The notes below the pieces were generated by a model. The model was not told where the DNA came from. It searched no databases and saw only the letters and a list, made by a program, of their open reading frames with translations. Below are positions 30,085 through 32,000 of a stretch of DNA of 32,000 bases, one piece after another. The first letter of the stretch is position 1. Each line of letters starts with the position of its first letter. The position numbers were made by a program, and so were the translations under genes. The stretch is from Planctopirus limnophila DSM 3776. GTDB lineage: Bacteria; Planctomycetota; Planctomycetia; Planctomycetales; Planctomycetaceae. The DNA is taken from the NCBI RefSeq assembly GCF_000092105.1, contig NC_014148.1:2910001-2942000 (forward strand), read 5' to 3'.

Positions 30085-30252
30085 GTGGTGCACTATTGCG
30101 AAATGGAAGTCGCAGTTGGCGATGTCATTCGCCTCGAAAACTGTGTCATGACTATTCTCGATATCGATGGTGAAGAGATTACTGTCAAACTCGATCTGGA
30201 TGACGAACCTTTTCCAGTCATTGGCAGTTTGACACTGTCTCGTCCCAGATAA
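30085..30252 (+). CDS. hypothetical small acidic protein (about 55 aa)
   Basis: Track ORF 29977..30252 has codon usage like its neighbours. GTG 30085 has GGAG (30076..30079) 5 nt upstream. Other possible starts (TTG 29977, ATG 30055, ATG 30103) lack a Shine-Dalgarno. I recognise no family. Confidence 0.45.
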   Translation: MVHYCEMEVAVGDVIRLENCVMTILDIDGEEITVKLDLDDEPFPVIGSLTLSRPR

Positions 30253-30536
30253 ACGGGTTTCGAGTCTTCGACGGCCCGGCATTTCCCGAAGCTGTGACCG
30301 CTTCGCCCAATCTGATTGCGCCTGGGTGCCAACGGATCGATGGCACTGCTATGATACCGTATGCACGTGTGCCAGATGTCTGCTTCGTTTTTTTAAAACA
30401 AAGCGATGGGAAAACAAAATTCTGGCTCCCCGCATCAGTGCAATTGCCAGCTTCAGTCAGACTTTCGCAAACATCCCATAGAAAATTGTCCTTCTATGAG
30501 AGTATTGCGAGGATATTTGCCACGACACAGGTTCCT

Positions 30537-31808
30537 ATGGATACAGGTCAGCCAATCGAAGGACTGAGCACCATTGATGAAGCCATTGCGGCTCTCAAAA
30601 TCGGTCGCATCATTATTGTGATCGATGACGAAGAGCGGGAAAACGAGGGCGATTTCGTTTGTGCTGCCGAATCGATCACACCAGAAATGGTCACCTTCAT
30701 GCTCAGGTACGGAGCCGGTGTTCTGTGTGTTCCCTTAACGAAAGAAGCTGCCGATCGACAAGGTCTGGTTCCGATTGTGGACAGCTCACAGAACGATGCT
30801 CCGAACCACACTTTGTTTCTGACGCCCGTCGACCATCGTCACGCAGGGTCTGGTGTTTCCAGTGAGAACCGGGCCATGACGATCAGGGCGATGGCTGACC
30901 CGAAATCCTCCCGGCACGACTTTGTCAGGCCTGGTCATATTAATCCTCTGCTGGCCAAGGAGGGTGGCGTTCTAAGGCGTTCAGGACACACCGAAGCGAC
31001 TGTCGATCTGATGAAGATTGCCGGGCTTGAGCCTGTGGGTGTGCTGATCGAAATCCTCAGCGAATCTGGTCAGGGCATGGCCGCACTGCCAGAATTAAGG
31101 CAACTCGCTACCAGACACTCCATGCCAATCATTTCGATTGAGCAGCTCATCCGCTATCGCCGGTTGCGGGAGCAACTGGTTTCCAGAGAAGCGGAAGTCC
31201 CTCTGAACACCCGGGAGTACGGTCAATTCAAAGTGATTGCTTATCGTGTCGAACACGATGATCAGCAGCCACTCGCTCTCGTATGGGGAGACCTGGCATC
31301 GGCCACAAACCCGCTGGTGCGCGTCCACTCCTCCTGCTTTACAGGTGACGTTCTGGACTCTCTTCGCTGCGATTGCGGCGACCAGCTTCATCTGGCCATG
31401 AGAATGATCAACAGCGCCGGTGCCGGCGCTGTGATTTATCTGCCGCAGGAAGGGCGTGGAATTGGTCTGACGGCGAAACTGAAAGCCTATATGCTTCAAG
31501 ATGAAGGCTATGACACTGTTGAAGCCAATCACAAACTCGGCTTCAAATCCGACAGTCGGGATTACATGATCGGCCTGCAGATTCTTAAAGATCTGGGGTT
31601 ATCGAGCATCCGATTACTGACAAACAATCCCAAGAAAATGCAGGCCTTTCCCGCCTTCGATCTCGATGTGGTTGAGCAGGTTCCCATCATCGCCCCGGAC
31701 GATGAAAATCGTCGCCATTACATGGCAACCAAACGAGACAAAATGGGGCATCTGTTACCTGCCGAAATTGTGGTGCCGTCCTCGCCCAATGAGAACTCAC
31801 CCCATTGA
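30537..31808 (+). CDS. ribBA: bifunctional 3,4-dihydroxy-2-butanone-4-phosphate synthase / GTP cyclohydrolase II
   Basis: From the internal ATG 30537 the protein reads MDTGQPIEGLSTIDEAIAALKIGRIIIVIDDEERENEGDFVCAAE, a typical RibB N-terminus. The RibA half has RVHSSCFTGDVLDSLRCDCG, YLPQEGRGIGL and NPKK. The 81 codons between ORF opening 30294 and 30537 look non-coding. Confidence 0.95.
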   Translation: MDTGQPIEGLSTIDEAIAALKIGRIIIVIDDEERENEGDFVCAAESITPEMVTFMLRYGAGVLCVPLTKEAADRQGLVPIVDSSQNDAPNHTLFLTPVDHRHAGSGVSSENRAMTIRAMADPKSSRHDFVRPGHINPLLAKEGGVLRRSGHTEATVDLMKIAGLEPVGVLIEILSESGQGMAALPELRQLATRHSMPIISIEQLIRYRRLREQLVSREAEVPLNTREYGQFKVIAYRVEHDDQQPLALVWGDLASATNPLVRVHSSCFTGDVLDSLRCDCGDQLHLAMRMINSAGAGAVIYLPQEGRGIGLTAKLKAYMLQDEGYDTVEANHKLGFKSDSRDYMIGLQILKDLGLSSIRLLTNNPKKMQAFPAFDLDVVEQVPIIAPDDENRRHYMATKRDKMGHLLPAEIVVPSSPNENSPH

Positions 31809-31815
31809 CCTGAAA

Positions 31816-32000
31816 TCAGCACTCAACGACTTCTGCCAGCTCTTGAGAATGGTTGTCCTCCCGTTGTGCCGCATCAAAATTGGCTTTAAATGCGGCAAAG
31901 GCGGCATCCAGCATGGCTGATCCATTCTCTGCCAATTCACCTCTCACGATTCGGAGATGAGCCGGAGCTTCAATACCAATTTTGACAGCTCCTTTCCCCG
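31816..32000 (-). CDS. csrA: carbon storage regulator CsrA, partial; the 5' end runs off the right edge
   Basis: The start lies outside the window, so the ORF track omits it. The reverse complement reads ...GKGAVKIGIEAPAHLRIVRGELAENGSAMLDAAF...VVEC and then TGA (31818..31816). VKIGIEAP..(R)IVR.E is the conserved CsrA C-terminal beta-strand and helix signature. The gene is convergent with ribBA, with 7 nt between the stops. Confidence 0.7.
   Translation of the reverse strand, partial: GKGAVKIGIEAPAHLRIVRGELAENGSAMLDAAFAAFKANFDAAQREDNHSQELAEVVEC

Noticed and set aside
30253-30400. A canonical FMN (RFN) riboswitch in the ribBA leader
   Set aside because: I could not find the invariant blocks by eye (GGGTGAAATTCCC-type P2, ACCGGCGGT, AGCCCGCGAGC, GCCGACAGT, AGTCCGGATG). 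Only loose partial resemblances appear. The leader is kept as an unexplained structured region in the findings rather than called as a riboswitch.

Overview
This 32-kb window looks like core chromosome, most consistent with a Planctomycetota (Planctomycetaceae-like) genome. That placement is an inference from a DUF1570-type protein, a Cache-linked Hanks kinase, long low-complexity protein tails, many GTG/TTG-opened ORFs and roughly 50-55% GC by eye. I call 24 protein-coding genes, 3 well-supported intrinsic terminators and 1 sigma-54-type promoter candidate. Two of the genes are cut by the window edges and so are missing from the ORF track. Gene order: DUF1570-like protein (partial, -), small membrane protein (-), polytopic membrane protein (+), pckA (+), cytochrome P450 (-), DAACS-family symporter (+), pheT (+), lipoprotein (-), CheY-type receiver (-), FHA-nucleotidyl cyclase (-), Cache-type Ser/Thr kinase (-), gyrA (+), pyrB (+), dihydroorotase-like pyrC' (+), YacP/Rae1-like NYN protein (+), A24 prepilin peptidase (-), amt (+), two P-II genes (+), glnD (+), small acidic ORF (+), ribBA (+), csrA (partial, -). 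I saw no rRNA, tRNA, CRISPR array, transposase or integrase, prophage or recognisable defence genes. I did not find a compelling new multi-gene system. The items most worth a second look are: (1) the kinase / FHA-cyclase / receiver string, whose cyclase has a non-canonical base-selecting residue; (2) a dihydroorotase homologue that has lost three metal-ligand histidines (PyrC'-type pseudoenzyme); (3) a spread-out amt / P-II / P-II / glnD nitrogen module with a sigma-54-like promoter; (4) an orphan P450 with a degenerate I-helix next to a tiny Cys/Trp/His ORF; (5) a long structured leader before ribBA. All homology statements come from reading motifs by eye. No database search was run.
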